This document shows, piece by piece, positions 1 to 8,729 of a stretch of 48,027 bases of DNA. The stretch is taken from the IMG/VR virus record IMGVR_UViG_3300027860_000014; one strand, given 5' to 3'. Every line of letters starts with the position of its first letter. Position 1 is the first letter of the stretch. The DNA is from a virus. The notes beneath the pieces were generated by a model. The model was not told where the DNA came from, ran no database searches, and was given only the letters and a program-made list of their open reading frames with translations. Position numbers and translations under genes: made by a program.

Positions 1-127
1 GCTGTCTGGATGAATAGGTATGTGAGACAGAATAACCTTATTACCCTCTTTGTCTTTCTGTACAACGCAAGACCTTATGTCATCAAAGAATGGGAGATAG
101 TCCTCGATTTTAAAGATGTCATGATTA
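1..127. repeat. 127-bp end overlap, identical to 47901-48027 (circular or terminally redundant assembly)
   Basis: Bases 1-127 (gctgtctggatgaataggtatgtgagac...gatgtcatgatta) recur exactly as the last 127 bases of the window. Confidence 0.95.
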
Positions 128-378
128 CCCTTAACAAGCACCAGACGCCCATTAAATCGCCCTAGAAGGTGCTTGAAGGGTCGGCGCATACAAACATCCC
201 CGAGCATGTAAACGCGGTCCTCGGGGCTTACAAGGGCATTGTGGTTAGCTATCAGAGCCTCATCATGCTCTTCGAGAGATTTAAAGGGCCTTAGTGGGGT
301 TCCGTCTTCTCGCTTGAAGTTGAGGATATTTGCGTGACCGAGATGATGGTCAGCACAAACCCAAGTTCTACCACTCAC
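1..378 (-). CDS. Metallophosphoesterase (calcineurin-like), N-terminal 126 codons. The gene continues across the junction into 47748-47900
   Basis: GTG start at 378 overlaps the TGA of the upstream ORF (GTGA). Product MSGRTWVCADHHLGHANILNF..YMLGDV..VKGNHD. 378+153 nt = 531 nt in frame once the ends are joined. Confidence 0.7.
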   Translation of the reverse strand, partial: MSGRTWVCADHHLGHANILNFKREDGTPLRPFKSLEEHDEALIANHNALVSPEDRVYMLGDVCMRRPFKHLLGRFNGRLVLVKGNHDIFKIEDYLPFFDDIRSCVVQKDKEGNKVILSHIPIHPDS

Positions 379-587
379 AGTGTGTGCCTTTTTCTGTACT
401 CTGTGATGGCCCTCTTACCTTTTTCAGTCGGCTTACCGAATTCACCATAACCTGAATTACGACAAAACTCGTCAGTAACTGTCAGTGCTGCACCCAAGCT
501 GGTCCAGTACTCCTCATCACCTAGAAGGAACTTAATATCCCCTTCTGTAAGGCTGGTATTATCGCTCTCAATCTCAAAGTTTACCAT
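375..587 (-). CDS. Hypothetical protein (70 aa)
   Basis: ORF coupled to its neighbours by short overlaps; no recognisable motif. Confidence 0.5.
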   Translation of the reverse strand: MVNFEIESDNTSLTEGDIKFLLGDEEYWTSLGAALTVTDEFCRNSGYGEFGKPTEKGKRAITEYRKRHTL

Positions 588-1087
588 TCTTCTCTCCTAA
601 TAGAAGTCCCCTCGGGAAGGGATCTATTCCAGATTTTGTCATGATCCGACAGAAGAAATCCCTCATAATAGCTTATGTCAATAATGTGCAAAGACATGTC
701 TTGTGGATGTGGATTGTCTTTGTTGTTGTCCCACTTGTACGGTTCATCGTCCAGAATGACATAATCCTCCACGTCTGGGTGGTCTTTCAGCCATTTAGCC
801 ACTCTGGTGTAACGCCAATGAATTGAGTCGTCACATGTGTAGTCCTCATGAAAATGCTCAGCCTTAATTCCCTGAGATATACAATGAGACAAAACAAATT
901 CAGGCCTATGAATTCTAATCCATGAGCTATGAATGGCGATCTTCCAGCCCTGAGCCTTACACAAATTATTGAGCATTCCAACCGCTATGGGGTCGAATTT
1001 AGTCATGATGGGCGTCTGACCAGTCAGCCAAAGAGCCTTATAAGGGATCATGGGCCCGTCAATATCGAGAAAGATAATCTTAGTCAT
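581..1087 (-). CDS. HAD-superfamily-like phosphatase/hydrolase
   Basis: N-terminal MTKIIFLDIDGPMIP (DxDG motif I of HAD hydrolases). 7-8 nt overlaps with both neighbours. Confidence 0.5.
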   Translation of the reverse strand: MTKIIFLDIDGPMIPYKALWLTGQTPIMTKFDPIAVGMLNNLCKAQGWKIAIHSSWIRIHRPEFVLSHCISQGIKAEHFHEDYTCDDSIHWRYTRVAKWLKDHPDVEDYVILDDEPYKWDNNKDNPHPQDMSLHIIDISYYEGFLLSDHDKIWNRSLPEGTSIRREEW

Positions 1088-1721
1088 CTAGAGTTGCCTT
1101 CAACACTTCAGGTATAACAGTTTTAAGTTCGTTCAAAATTTCATTGGCCACGGCACGGTGTTCCAACTGAGTACTTGGCTGAGTCCGGATTGAGATGTAG
1201 TGAATCCAGTCTCTTATAGTCCCTTGCATGTACATCTTAGTGGGCGTGAGGCCCTCAGGAAGTAACTTTCGGGCCACCTCTTTTGCGATCCCCGCTTCCA
1301 AGGCCATCGAGTATTGATGGTAACCGATCTTCCAGACTTCTCTCTGGGCGAAGTCCCAATGCTCTTTTAATCCGTCCCAGAATTCATTGTCATCTAATTC
1401 TATTGAATTTTGTCTATTATTAGGGTCTTGTAATCGCGGGGCACCGAAGACAGGCCTTTCTGTAACCTTACTGTAACGTTGGCTAAACTCCTGAAAATGA
1501 AAAGACCTGTGTCGGATAATTTGATGGGCTATGTCTCGTGTTGTTTTAATCTCCACACAGGCACAAACCATCTCAAAAGGTGACCAATGCTTATTTTTAA
1601 ATAGATAGTTGATGAGCTTCTTAGAGTCGTCATCGAGCGACGCTTTCGGATTGGACACACGGGCTAGATAAGCTATATGTTTCTCCGCGTCCGGTGTGAT
1701 CCAGACGAGTTTAGCCGTCAT
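1080..1721 (-). CDS. thyX: FAD-dependent thymidylate synthase ThyX
   Basis: ThyX signature IIRHRSFHFQEFSQRYS (RHRxxSxxxxSxR). Start chosen at MTAKLVWITPDAE (ATG 1721); the track ORF extends to 1817. Confidence 0.9.
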   Translation of the reverse strand: MTAKLVWITPDAEKHIAYLARVSNPKASLDDDSKKLINYLFKNKHWSPFEMVCACVEIKTTRDIAHQIIRHRSFHFQEFSQRYSKVTERPVFGAPRLQDPNNRQNSIELDDNEFWDGLKEHWDFAQREVWKIGYHQYSMALEAGIAKEVARKLLPEGLTPTKMYMQGTIRDWIHYISIRTQPSTQLEHRAVANEILNELKTVIPEVLKATLDD

Positions 1722-1864
1722 AGTCGGGGTCCAACAGAATGTCCTCATCGCCTTTAAGGGGCGGATAACCGGCAATACAGTCGAATATGACTTCCTGACA
1801 CTCCGCACACGGATCAATCAAGCTCACCGTGTCGGAGTCCTTATCACAAATTGCACACCGCAAA

Positions 1865-2218
1865 TTACTGGTCCTCTACCAAATTACGATCCGTCCACTC
1901 TTTAACGAACTTGCGCTGAAGTGGTGGCAGCGTAAGGCAGATGTTTTGAAGTCTGATACGAATAACGTCTAGATGACGCTCAGGATCATTAAATTGATCA
2001 CATATAGTGTTACAGCGTTTGATCAACTCATTCTGAATGGCCTCGGGAAGTTCTCCGTTGACCAGAACTTCGGGTTCAAAATTAGACTTATGTTTGTCCA
2101 CAATGAACCATTCTCGCCCATTGCGTTGCTGGACTCTAAATCCGTACTTGGCGATAAGTCTATGTTCTAAGTCCCAAGGGATCTCACCCCTGAACTTTAG
2201 ACGAGCTTTTACAGGCAT
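1865..2218 (-). CDS. Hypothetical protein (117 aa)
   Basis: ORF overlapping the ATP-grasp gene end by 10 nt; no motif recognised. Confidence 0.5.
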   Translation of the reverse strand: MPVKARLKFRGEIPWDLEHRLIAKYGFRVQQRNGREWFIVDKHKSNFEPEVLVNGELPEAIQNELIKRCNTICDQFNDPERHLDVIRIRLQNICLTLPPLQRKFVKEWTDRNLVEDQ

Positions 2219-2958
2219 TGTCTGAACGCCTTTGTGTAGCTTTCCACGGTCTGCCCCTCAAGACCAGGGGCCGTGTTTACCTCGAGGACGTAGAAGTTCT
2301 CCTCTTTATCTTCAATAATGTCCACGGCACCGAAATCCAGGCTAAGGGCCGCAATGGCATCGAGTGCCAGATCAGAACGATCATCATTAGGCTGAACACT
2401 ATTACGAGCAAATATAAAACCATTCGCATGAGATCTAACTTTCCAGTCTGTAATGATTTTATTTGGATCTCGGATCTTCTTCTGAGTGTCAATAACTTCA
2501 GAGCCTGCCACGTGAACACGATACTCATTCACCTTGAACACGTATTCGGTGTAGAGTGGGGCGTCTGGGACGATCTCATTTTTGGGCACTATTACTATAC
2601 CATTCCCCTCACTTCCAGTCAACACATTTCTAACAACAATAGTCTTGCCCATATTTGCCCAGGTTTGGGCCATGTCTTTACTTGTGGTCCAACGAACTGT
2701 TGGTACCTCAGTTTTATCGAACCGATCAAAACTCTTCAACTTGTCTCTGGCGATGGCAACCGATGCGGGAATATTTAGTACCAGTGGGTGTGGGAGTTCG
2801 TCCAAGTACGTCCCCCAGTTAATGATGAAATCTTGTGGTCTAACTCTATGAAATCGGTTAGGCCGGAGTCGAAGAAACCCATCTTGAGCCGCTAGTTGTT
2901 TAGCACCCTCGGAGGGACGATTGCCGGTGTACACCCAAATTCTTCTAGAATTCCGCAT
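2209..2958 (-). CDS. ATP-grasp (RimK-like) ligase
   Basis: TGSEGNGIVIV, EYRVHV, FGAVDII..FYVLEVNTAPGL, typical of ATP-grasp C-terminal lobes. Confidence 0.75.
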   Translation of the reverse strand: MRNSRRIWVYTGNRPSEGAKQLAAQDGFLRLRPNRFHRVRPQDFIINWGTYLDELPHPLVLNIPASVAIARDKLKSFDRFDKTEVPTVRWTTSKDMAQTWANMGKTIVVRNVLTGSEGNGIVIVPKNEIVPDAPLYTEYVFKVNEYRVHVAGSEVIDTQKKIRDPNKIITDWKVRSHANGFIFARNSVQPNDDRSDLALDAIAALSLDFGAVDIIEDKEENFYVLEVNTAPGLEGQTVESYTKAFRQCL

Positions 2959-3916
2959 CTACATCGTCCACTATGGGAGGAGGGGGAGGGACTTGTGCCT
3001 GAACAGCGTTTAAATTCCACTGTATATTATTAGGGTGCATTATAGGCTTCAGCTTCTTAGGCTTCCAATCAGAGCAGTAGGCAAAATCTTGGGCCAGCCT
3101 CATCCCGTCTCGAAGCATTCCCTGAGCATTCGGAACACCTGCGTATTTGTAGTAGTAATACCCTAGATGATACCTCATAAAGTCTAGAGGGCCATTATGG
3201 CTGAACTTAGAAATTATCTCACGAGGGTTTTCATAAAGCTTTGCAGAGTTTTTAAGAGCTTGAATTACACTGATCCATGATATTATTCTGTCATAATCAA
3301 TTGTACACTCTAGGGACCTAAACTCAACGGTCCCAAACTTCAGAATACTAGCAAAATTAACCGAACTGTAGCGATTATGGGGATTGATATTGACGATTGA
3401 TCCGGTGGTGGCGATTGAGTTGGAAAGTTCCTTAATCTGACCCTCGGCGTCGCGAGCCCGCAAACAGAAATTATTTCCGATACGGGTCTGGCCATTCTGG
3501 CTCACGAACAGTTCGTCAAACACGATACAGAGCGTGATAAAATTGACAAAAGTCCGAACTGTGTCCTTAAGGAAATTAATATGAACGTGAATAGACGTTC
3601 TGTAACTCGGATAAACCTCAACCTCAGGGTTTTGAAGATGATCAAATAACCTCTGAAGCGCTATTCCGGTGTCTTGCATATTAAGAGGGCGACGGAATAC
3701 GTACTCAATAGAAGATGAGCCCGGCTTATTAGCCCTAAGTGAATTATCAATATGAGTATTCCAATAAAACATGAGATCTTCGCTCTTTTTGACTACATTC
3801 TTGCCCTCTAGCTCGATCTCAACCCCGTACATATCTCCGTCAATAACATCCCCATAACCGTACGGATCCCCGATAATATTCTCTATTCTTTGATCCATCT
3901 CAACTTGTTTAGGCAT
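2945..3916 (-). CDS. Putative amidoligase (Amidoligase_2-like)
   Basis: YGVEIELEG, SIHVHINF and TVEFRSLE motifs recalled from the putative amidoligase family. Not a database search. Confidence 0.6.
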   Translation of the reverse strand: MPKQVEMDQRIENIIGDPYGYGDVIDGDMYGVEIELEGKNVVKKSEDLMFYWNTHIDNSLRANKPGSSSIEYVFRRPLNMQDTGIALQRLFDHLQNPEVEVYPSYRTSIHVHINFLKDTVRTFVNFITLCIVFDELFVSQNGQTRIGNNFCLRARDAEGQIKELSNSIATTGSIVNINPHNRYSSVNFASILKFGTVEFRSLECTIDYDRIISWISVIQALKNSAKLYENPREIISKFSHNGPLDFMRYHLGYYYYKYAGVPNAQGMLRDGMRLAQDFAYCSDWKPKKLKPIMHPNNIQWNLNAVQAQVPPPPPIVDDVDAEF

Positions 3917-4508
3917 TCTGTGCTTCTTTCAGAGATTCAAGGATGTACTCCCACTCAGGGAGTAGCTTCACACCTCGACCATAATTAGTCGTGTGACCAA
4001 CTTTATTACCCTTGTACTCAATAATGTAATCTTCATGAAGTGGGTCAAAAGTTGCAGCAAAGTTTTTATGAAAGGCCATGATTTTAGCCTCTTTGTCATC
4101 TAAAGCTTTTAGAGCATGCATGAATGTGGGGTACTTATTCTCAAGCATATTGGCAACTATCGGACTGTGCTTGAAGTCCACAGAGCTAAATTCTAGACTA
4201 CTGGAAACCCTGCCCAGTTGATCCTGCTTTAAGCCCTGTTTGTACTGCTTAAAAGGCATTCGATAAAACCAAGTTGCAGCGGTCAGACGGTTCACATACC
4301 CTATATTATAGTCTGAGCAATTGAACTCCGGCTCATCAATCCCGCCCGTAACCGTCTTATTATCCCTCATACTACTCGCCGTGAACAGGAAAGTGTTCTC
4401 AGCCACCTCAGAGATTGTCTTTACCGTGATGGCTTTACCCTTGTAAAGACAATAAGTTCCAACTAATTTACTAGATGCGTCTTCTAAGTTATCGTAGTTC
4501 AGCTTCAT
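3909..4508 (-). CDS. Hypothetical protein (199 aa) embedded in the ligase operon
   Basis: ORF with an 8-nt and a 1-nt overlap to the flanking ligase genes. Confidence 0.6.
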   Translation of the reverse strand: MKLNYDNLEDASSKLVGTYCLYKGKAITVKTISEVAENTFLFTASSMRDNKTVTGGIDEPEFNCSDYNIGYVNRLTAATWFYRMPFKQYKQGLKQDQLGRVSSSLEFSSVDFKHSPIVANMLENKYPTFMHALKALDDKEAKIMAFHKNFAATFDPLHEDYIIEYKGNKVGHTTNYGRGVKLLPEWEYILESLKEAQNA

Positions 4509-5335
4509 TAAGCCACCTGCTCCTCTGGGACAGGCTCAACATTCGGTAGAATTGGATATTTATTGAACCAATCATTTATCCCATTGTCGATTATCTGTTG
4601 TGCTAGCATACCCCAATTATCCTCAGCCCACTCTTCGTAATCAAGACCAAGCCGAACACCCATAACGGTCTGATTGTATACCCAACGGATCAAAGGCTCG
4701 GAGGTTAGCCATTTGTTAGATAAAACCCTGTATTCCATTCCGTACGGCTTAGGCCTGAAAGCCCCCGCCTTTCCGTACAACTCTCGTCGAGTATTGTCGC
4801 TGTCCCACTTCAGCGAAAAGATACCTAGAAAATAATCCAATTGCCTTGCGACCTTACCACAAAGCCTGAAGTGATCTCTGTCGTAAACGTCCATGTCAGA
4901 CGTCCAGCCAACATGAATATGCCCCGCAGCGGTCCTCAAGGGCCTATTACCGGGGTCGGGACGAGGATTAACCTCAAGGTTCCATGCACAGAAATCCGGG
5001 TCACAACCCAGTTCCTTAGACACTCCGGGAATTCCCCAGTCAAAGTACGTCCGTTCATAGACTGCAGTTGGCTCAGCTACCACATTATAGCCGGGGACAA
5101 AATCTGCAATCTGGGCCTTAACCGCTTGAATATGATGGACAAATTCCTCAACGGTATTGGCGGGATCAATATTGAACTCAAGGGCCGTTCCGTCGATTTG
5201 GACAGCTCCGAAAGGAACCTTGTGAGGCTCGTGCTTGGTTCCGGGAATAAGACCATGGGCCGACACGAACTCGCCGGTTTCCTTGTTCTTCATAAAAAGC
5301 TCTGGATCGGCTCCGACAAGGATCTTAGAACTCAT
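4508..5335 (-). CDS. phiEco32-type COOH-NH2 ligase-like protein
   Basis: N-terminal ILVGADPELF...GTALEFNI pattern recalled from the phage COOH-NH2 ligase type 2 family. ATGA overlap with the upstream gene. Confidence 0.5.
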   Translation of the reverse strand: MSSKILVGADPELFMKNKETGEFVSAHGLIPGTKHEPHKVPFGAVQIDGTALEFNIDPANTVEEFVHHIQAVKAQIADFVPGYNVVAEPTAVYERTYFDWGIPGVSKELGCDPDFCAWNLEVNPRPDPGNRPLRTAAGHIHVGWTSDMDVYDRDHFRLCGKVARQLDYFLGIFSLKWDSDNTRRELYGKAGAFRPKPYGMEYRVLSNKWLTSEPLIRWVYNQTVMGVRLGLDYEEWAEDNWGMLAQQIIDNGINDWFNKYPILPNVEPVPEEQVA

Positions 5336-6456
5336 AGTGCGTACTCCATCATTTCCCTAATTTCTGTGTCATTGTAGCAATCTTCGCACAAATACAATTT
5401 ACGGTTGTCCATGTCGTCCTTGAGACAATGGATAAAATCTCCCCAGTGAGATGTGGTGTCCTCGCAGAACACACACCCTGAAGACACAAGCTTGCTGAAT
5501 TGCACCTTATTGATCACATGCCCGTAATGATCTTTGTAAGGGGGCCTGAACTTCTTGGTGTCGATGATCATCGTAGGCTTATATTTAGCTTTAGGTTTAG
5601 GTTCGATGACCGCCACATCTGTTTTAGATGATTTATACTGCGGATCGTACCCATAGCTATAGCCAGGGAGGTAGTAATCTCCTAGGTCGTCGTTGTTCTT
5701 GCCGCCATAACCGTAGTTGACGGCCCGAGTAAAAGAACTGCCCTCAACTTTCTCCACCAAGGGCTTCTCAAACTTGTCCCCTAAGCTCTTAGGCAGCTTC
5801 CACGTGTAATGGACATTCTCCTCAATCTGATAGATAGTCTTTTCTAAGATCTTCACCCTATTGCGCTTTAGAACCCACTCAAGCATCTCAGACTCAGACG
5901 CCCAGAATAGGGTTTCTCTGTCTTCGCTGTAAGTGTAATATAAAGGGCGCTTATCATTCCTGAGTAGGTTGATCGTGTCCGAAGACTTCTCAAACCACGT
6001 CAAGGCCCATGCGCCTGAAATAGATTGTATTGTGGGCTTGAGACCATTCTTGTTGATGGCATTAAAAATGGCCTCACTGTCAGTCCCAAACATTCTCCAG
6101 TCGGGAAGCTCTCTGAGAGTCCAATGATCGAGAGTTCCGTTGTGGGCACCAACTATATTTTCGAACTTGAATGGATGGCTATTCTTCTCGTTCTTGTCCC
6201 CGACAGTGGCGTACCGATTATGGCCAATTATAGCTTTGATACCCACTTCGAGCATTAAGTCCTTGTACTCTTTTGTACTAATAAATTGAGGACTGGCGAG
6301 AGGAGCTTTAGCCAGCATAACCTTACTGTTCTCTCGTTTGATGAGAGCCGTACCGGTTGAATGAGGACCCCTTAGGACGTCCACGAACAATAGCTCTGTG
6401 AACACGTCCTTCATGTTTACAGTGCAGTTACCGGCTATCCCAACTAAGCCGCACAT
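5332..6456 (-). CDS. Class II (Ntn) glutamine amidotransferase-like protein with a C-terminal Cys-rich ribbon
   Basis: Starts MCGLVGIAG (Cys2 nucleophile) at ATG 6456. GHNRYAT, HPF, HNG motifs. C-terminal CVFC..HC..CEDC. Confidence 0.8.
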   Translation of the reverse strand: MCGLVGIAGNCTVNMKDVFTELLFVDVLRGPHSTGTALIKRENSKVMLAKAPLASPQFISTKEYKDLMLEVGIKAIIGHNRYATVGDKNEKNSHPFKFENIVGAHNGTLDHWTLRELPDWRMFGTDSEAIFNAINKNGLKPTIQSISGAWALTWFEKSSDTINLLRNDKRPLYYTYSEDRETLFWASESEMLEWVLKRNRVKILEKTIYQIEENVHYTWKLPKSLGDKFEKPLVEKVEGSSFTRAVNYGYGGKNNDDLGDYYLPGYSYGYDPQYKSSKTDVAVIEPKPKAKYKPTMIIDTKKFRPPYKDHYGHVINKVQFSKLVSSGCVFCEDTTSHWGDFIHCLKDDMDNRKLYLCEDCYNDTEIREMMEYAL

Positions 6457-7115
6457 GATTGACCAATCTCCGAGTAACACTTCTGCATAAGCTCGTACGT
6501 GTAACTAGCGAACCTTGAGTTAGGAACGTACTCTGGATGGCCCTGAATACACAGAGAGTGCGTCTTGGGATACCAGACAATCTCCACGTCCTCACCATTC
6601 CTGAGGTTCTGTACGGGCTTGAATTGCTGAATACCGAAATATCCCGAGTCCTTGTAGGAGGACATAGAGCTAATTCCGATAACAATTCCGTCCTTGACAT
6701 TCGGTCTCATCATCTGGTGATGGGTGGACGTAACTTCCAAGATCTCGCCGGTCGGTAGGTCGATCATCTTGTGTGATCTAAAATGGCCATCCACATCCTG
6801 ATAGAGCTTTCCGCCATTCAGACAATTCAATAGTTGAGAACCACGACAAATCCCGAGTAATAGTTTTCCCGGTAAGCCCCGGAAATCAATAAACATTTCC
6901 ATCTCAGTCATGTCGCGAGAACTTGGCTGAAATGGGATAGAGCGATTGACCGGAGTTTCCATATAAATTGACGTACCAATGTCCTCTCCGCCATTCCAGA
7001 TAATGACGTCAGCCTCTGAAGGTTTCTGAACCTCCTCCATTCCGTATGAGTTCTTGAGTAGCCAGGAGCAACCGCCAGGCCCGGTCTCGTCTCTAAAGCT
7101 GTAGAATGTTTTCAT
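6444..7115 (-). CDS. Class I glutamine amidotransferase / peptidase C26 (gamma-glutamyl hydrolase-like)
   Basis: LGICRGSQLLN nucleophile elbow and IQGHPE His-Glu pair. Confidence 0.75.
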   Translation of the reverse strand: MKTFYSFRDETGPGGCSWLLKNSYGMEEVQKPSEADVIIWNGGEDIGTSIYMETPVNRSIPFQPSSRDMTEMEMFIDFRGLPGKLLLGICRGSQLLNCLNGGKLYQDVDGHFRSHKMIDLPTGEILEVTSTHHQMMRPNVKDGIVIGISSMSSYKDSGYFGIQQFKPVQNLRNGEDVEIVWYPKTHSLCIQGHPEYVPNSRFASYTYELMQKCYSEIGQSCAA

Positions 7116-7843
7116 TATTCATGCTCTTTCCAGAAGTTGCGGAGAGTGTTACCCTTGAGATCCATAAGATCTTGAGACTCACCCCATATAGAGTTACAGG
7201 GAGCAGATGCACCAGGGCTCTCATAATAAGACACAGAAAGGTCACTGGGCCCTGTCTTAGTGAGACGATCCAATTTGGCGGATATGTAAAACGGCCAATG
7301 ACCGAAACTTGTCCAGTCGAATGGGGCTAGAACCTCCACGTCAAGTAGTTTAGATATTGGTGTACTAGCTGGTAGTATGCACTTGCAAGATGCGAATGCT
7401 TGACGACTGGTCAATCCTGATTTTCGAAGTTTGTCCCACAAGATCAGATTGGTTCTAAATTCAATTGGTATGCGACTGGCAATACAGAAGTTATATAGGG
7501 CATTAGCCGGTACTTTGTCTAGGTCTGTTACCTCTATGTAGTAATGACCATCCTTGGATTTAAGATTTATACAAGATGACCAATTGCTGTACAAAGGCAC
7601 AAGAAGCTCCTGAAAGAACTCTAAGTCAAGATCCTTTTTTACAGGGTACGCAGTTATCAGACCTTGCCAGTAATTACGCCTAGTGAGATTGAAAGCCATT
7701 TTATAATGACAGGCCTCTAAAGTTTGACTAATGGCAAGTCCGTCCTCGTTGATCAGGGCGTAAGATGAGGGATTAGCCTTATTTAATTTAAGGTAAGATT
7801 TGATAATCTCACTGACCGCCTCATCCCGCGATTGCAGTTGCAT
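7115..7843 (-). CDS. Hypothetical protein (242 aa), ligase operon
   Basis: ORF with a TAATG junction to the downstream GATase gene. Confidence 0.55.
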   Translation of the reverse strand: MQLQSRDEAVSEIIKSYLKLNKANPSSYALINEDGLAISQTLEACHYKMAFNLTRRNYWQGLITAYPVKKDLDLEFFQELLVPLYSNWSSCINLKSKDGHYYIEVTDLDKVPANALYNFCIASRIPIEFRTNLILWDKLRKSGLTSRQAFASCKCILPASTPISKLLDVEVLAPFDWTSFGHWPFYISAKLDRLTKTGPSDLSVSYYESPGASAPCNSIWGESQDLMDLKGNTLRNFWKEHE

Positions 7844-8204
7844 TAAACGTCTCTGATTTGTCCCTCACAAAGAACCCTTGGCGGGCTCCTCTGGGCTTTG
7901 CCGTGGCGAATTGGACAAAATTGGCTTTCTTGACCGCATTCATGATTTTCTTAGAGTCCATCTGAGATTTATTTAGAGTCAGGAAGGTGAGACTCGGCCT
8001 GATAATCTCCTGACTGTACACCTGATGATCGGGGATGTAATTATCACAGATATTTTGTATCTGCTCAACTAGTTCGTCCTCAGTCAGGTTACCAACATTC
8101 TTGAAACCTGAGATAATGCTCGCACCACAGCACAATGGCCATAGTTGAGTCCTCATTTCAGCGGGATAATTTTTGGAATTGTCTCCGAATTTCTTGGTAG
8201 TCAT
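7821..8204 (-). CDS. Hypothetical protein (127 aa), first gene of the ligase operon
   Basis: ORF about 130 nt downstream of the promoter at 8335-8362. Confidence 0.55.
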   Translation of the reverse strand: MTTKKFGDNSKNYPAEMRTQLWPLCCGASIISGFKNVGNLTEDELVEQIQNICDNYIPDHQVYSQEIIRPSLTFLTLNKSQMDSKKIMNAVKKANFVQFATAKPRGARQGFFVRDKSETFNATAIAG

Positions 8205-8305
8205 CTATTGCATTTCCGGGATTTGGGCCCATGTTCATCTGGGCGGGTTCATAAACTGGATAATAATACAGTTGTATGAAGGGAGATGGGTTGGTGGCAT
8301 CTCTA

Positions 8306-8362
8306 TAAGGTGTATTTACCAACCGCTTAAAGATATTTTATACTATTTTACGGAATTGTCAA
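8306..8362 (-). repeat. Promoter-plus-leader cassette, copy B (inverted copy of 44093-44149)
   Basis: 37 consecutive identical nt (reverse complement of 8313-8349 equals 44106-44142), plus shared TTGACA and acctta. Confidence 0.9.
8335..8362 (-). promoter_or_regulatory. sigma70-like promoter TTGACA-N16-TAAAAT
   Basis: Minus strand reads cTTGACAattccgtaaaatagtaTAAAATatc. The -35 overlaps the TGA of the upstream ORF. Confidence 0.6.
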
Positions 8363-8661
8363 GACCCTGAGCATTTCCAATTCTCCCAAGGGTGTTGTGG
8401 ATTATAAAGATAGACTGAAAATCCATTGACATTAAATGTGTGTAGGCCCTCGCCTTTGGGGACCTCACCAGCAAAATTATGTGACCAAGCTTCGCTAACT
8501 GATCTAAATACACCAGCAGCCACTAAAAGAGCCCCGTAGTCAACATCGGGCTTGAAACGTAGAAGTCTGTCAGTCGCGGGGAACACTATTTCAGGGTCCA
8601 CCCCGACGACACATAAATTCTTTTCCTTTGCTTGTTTGTTAGACAAAGGACTGAAGTGCAA
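8359..8661 (-). CDS. Hypothetical protein (up to 100 aa; start uncertain, no ATG)
   Basis: ORF opens with TTG at 8661 and overlaps the 29-aa ORF upstream; an internal GTG start is possible. Confidence 0.4.
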   Translation of the reverse strand: MHFSPLSNKQAKEKNLCVVGVDPEIVFPATDRLLRFKPDVDYGALLVAAGVFRSVSEAWSHNFAGEVPKGEGLHTFNVNGFSVYLYNPQHPWENWKCSGS

Positions 8662-8728
8662 AAAAGACCAGGGCTAAGCAAAGAGCCAAGCCAAGGCCAT
8701 AGGTGATGTCTTCGTGTTTAGACCACAT
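8639..8728 (-). CDS. Small membrane peptide (29 aa), below the ORF-track cutoff
   Basis: AAGGAAAActgaaATG ribosome-binding site. Product MWSKHEDITYGLGLALCLALVFFALQSFV has one hydrophobic helix. Confidence 0.45.
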   Translation of the reverse strand: MWSKHEDITYGLGLALCLALVFFALQSFV

Positions 8729-8729
8729 T

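Noticed and set aside
1-127. The 127-bp terminal repeat as a biological direct terminal repeat
   Set aside because: Its length equals a common assembler k-mer, and a gene is split across it. It is more simply read as the closure overlap of a circular contig.
2218-5377. Plus-strand ORFs 2218-2778 and 4841-5377
   Set aside because: They are antisense to the ATP-grasp and COOH-NH2 ligase genes, which carry recognisable catalytic motifs.
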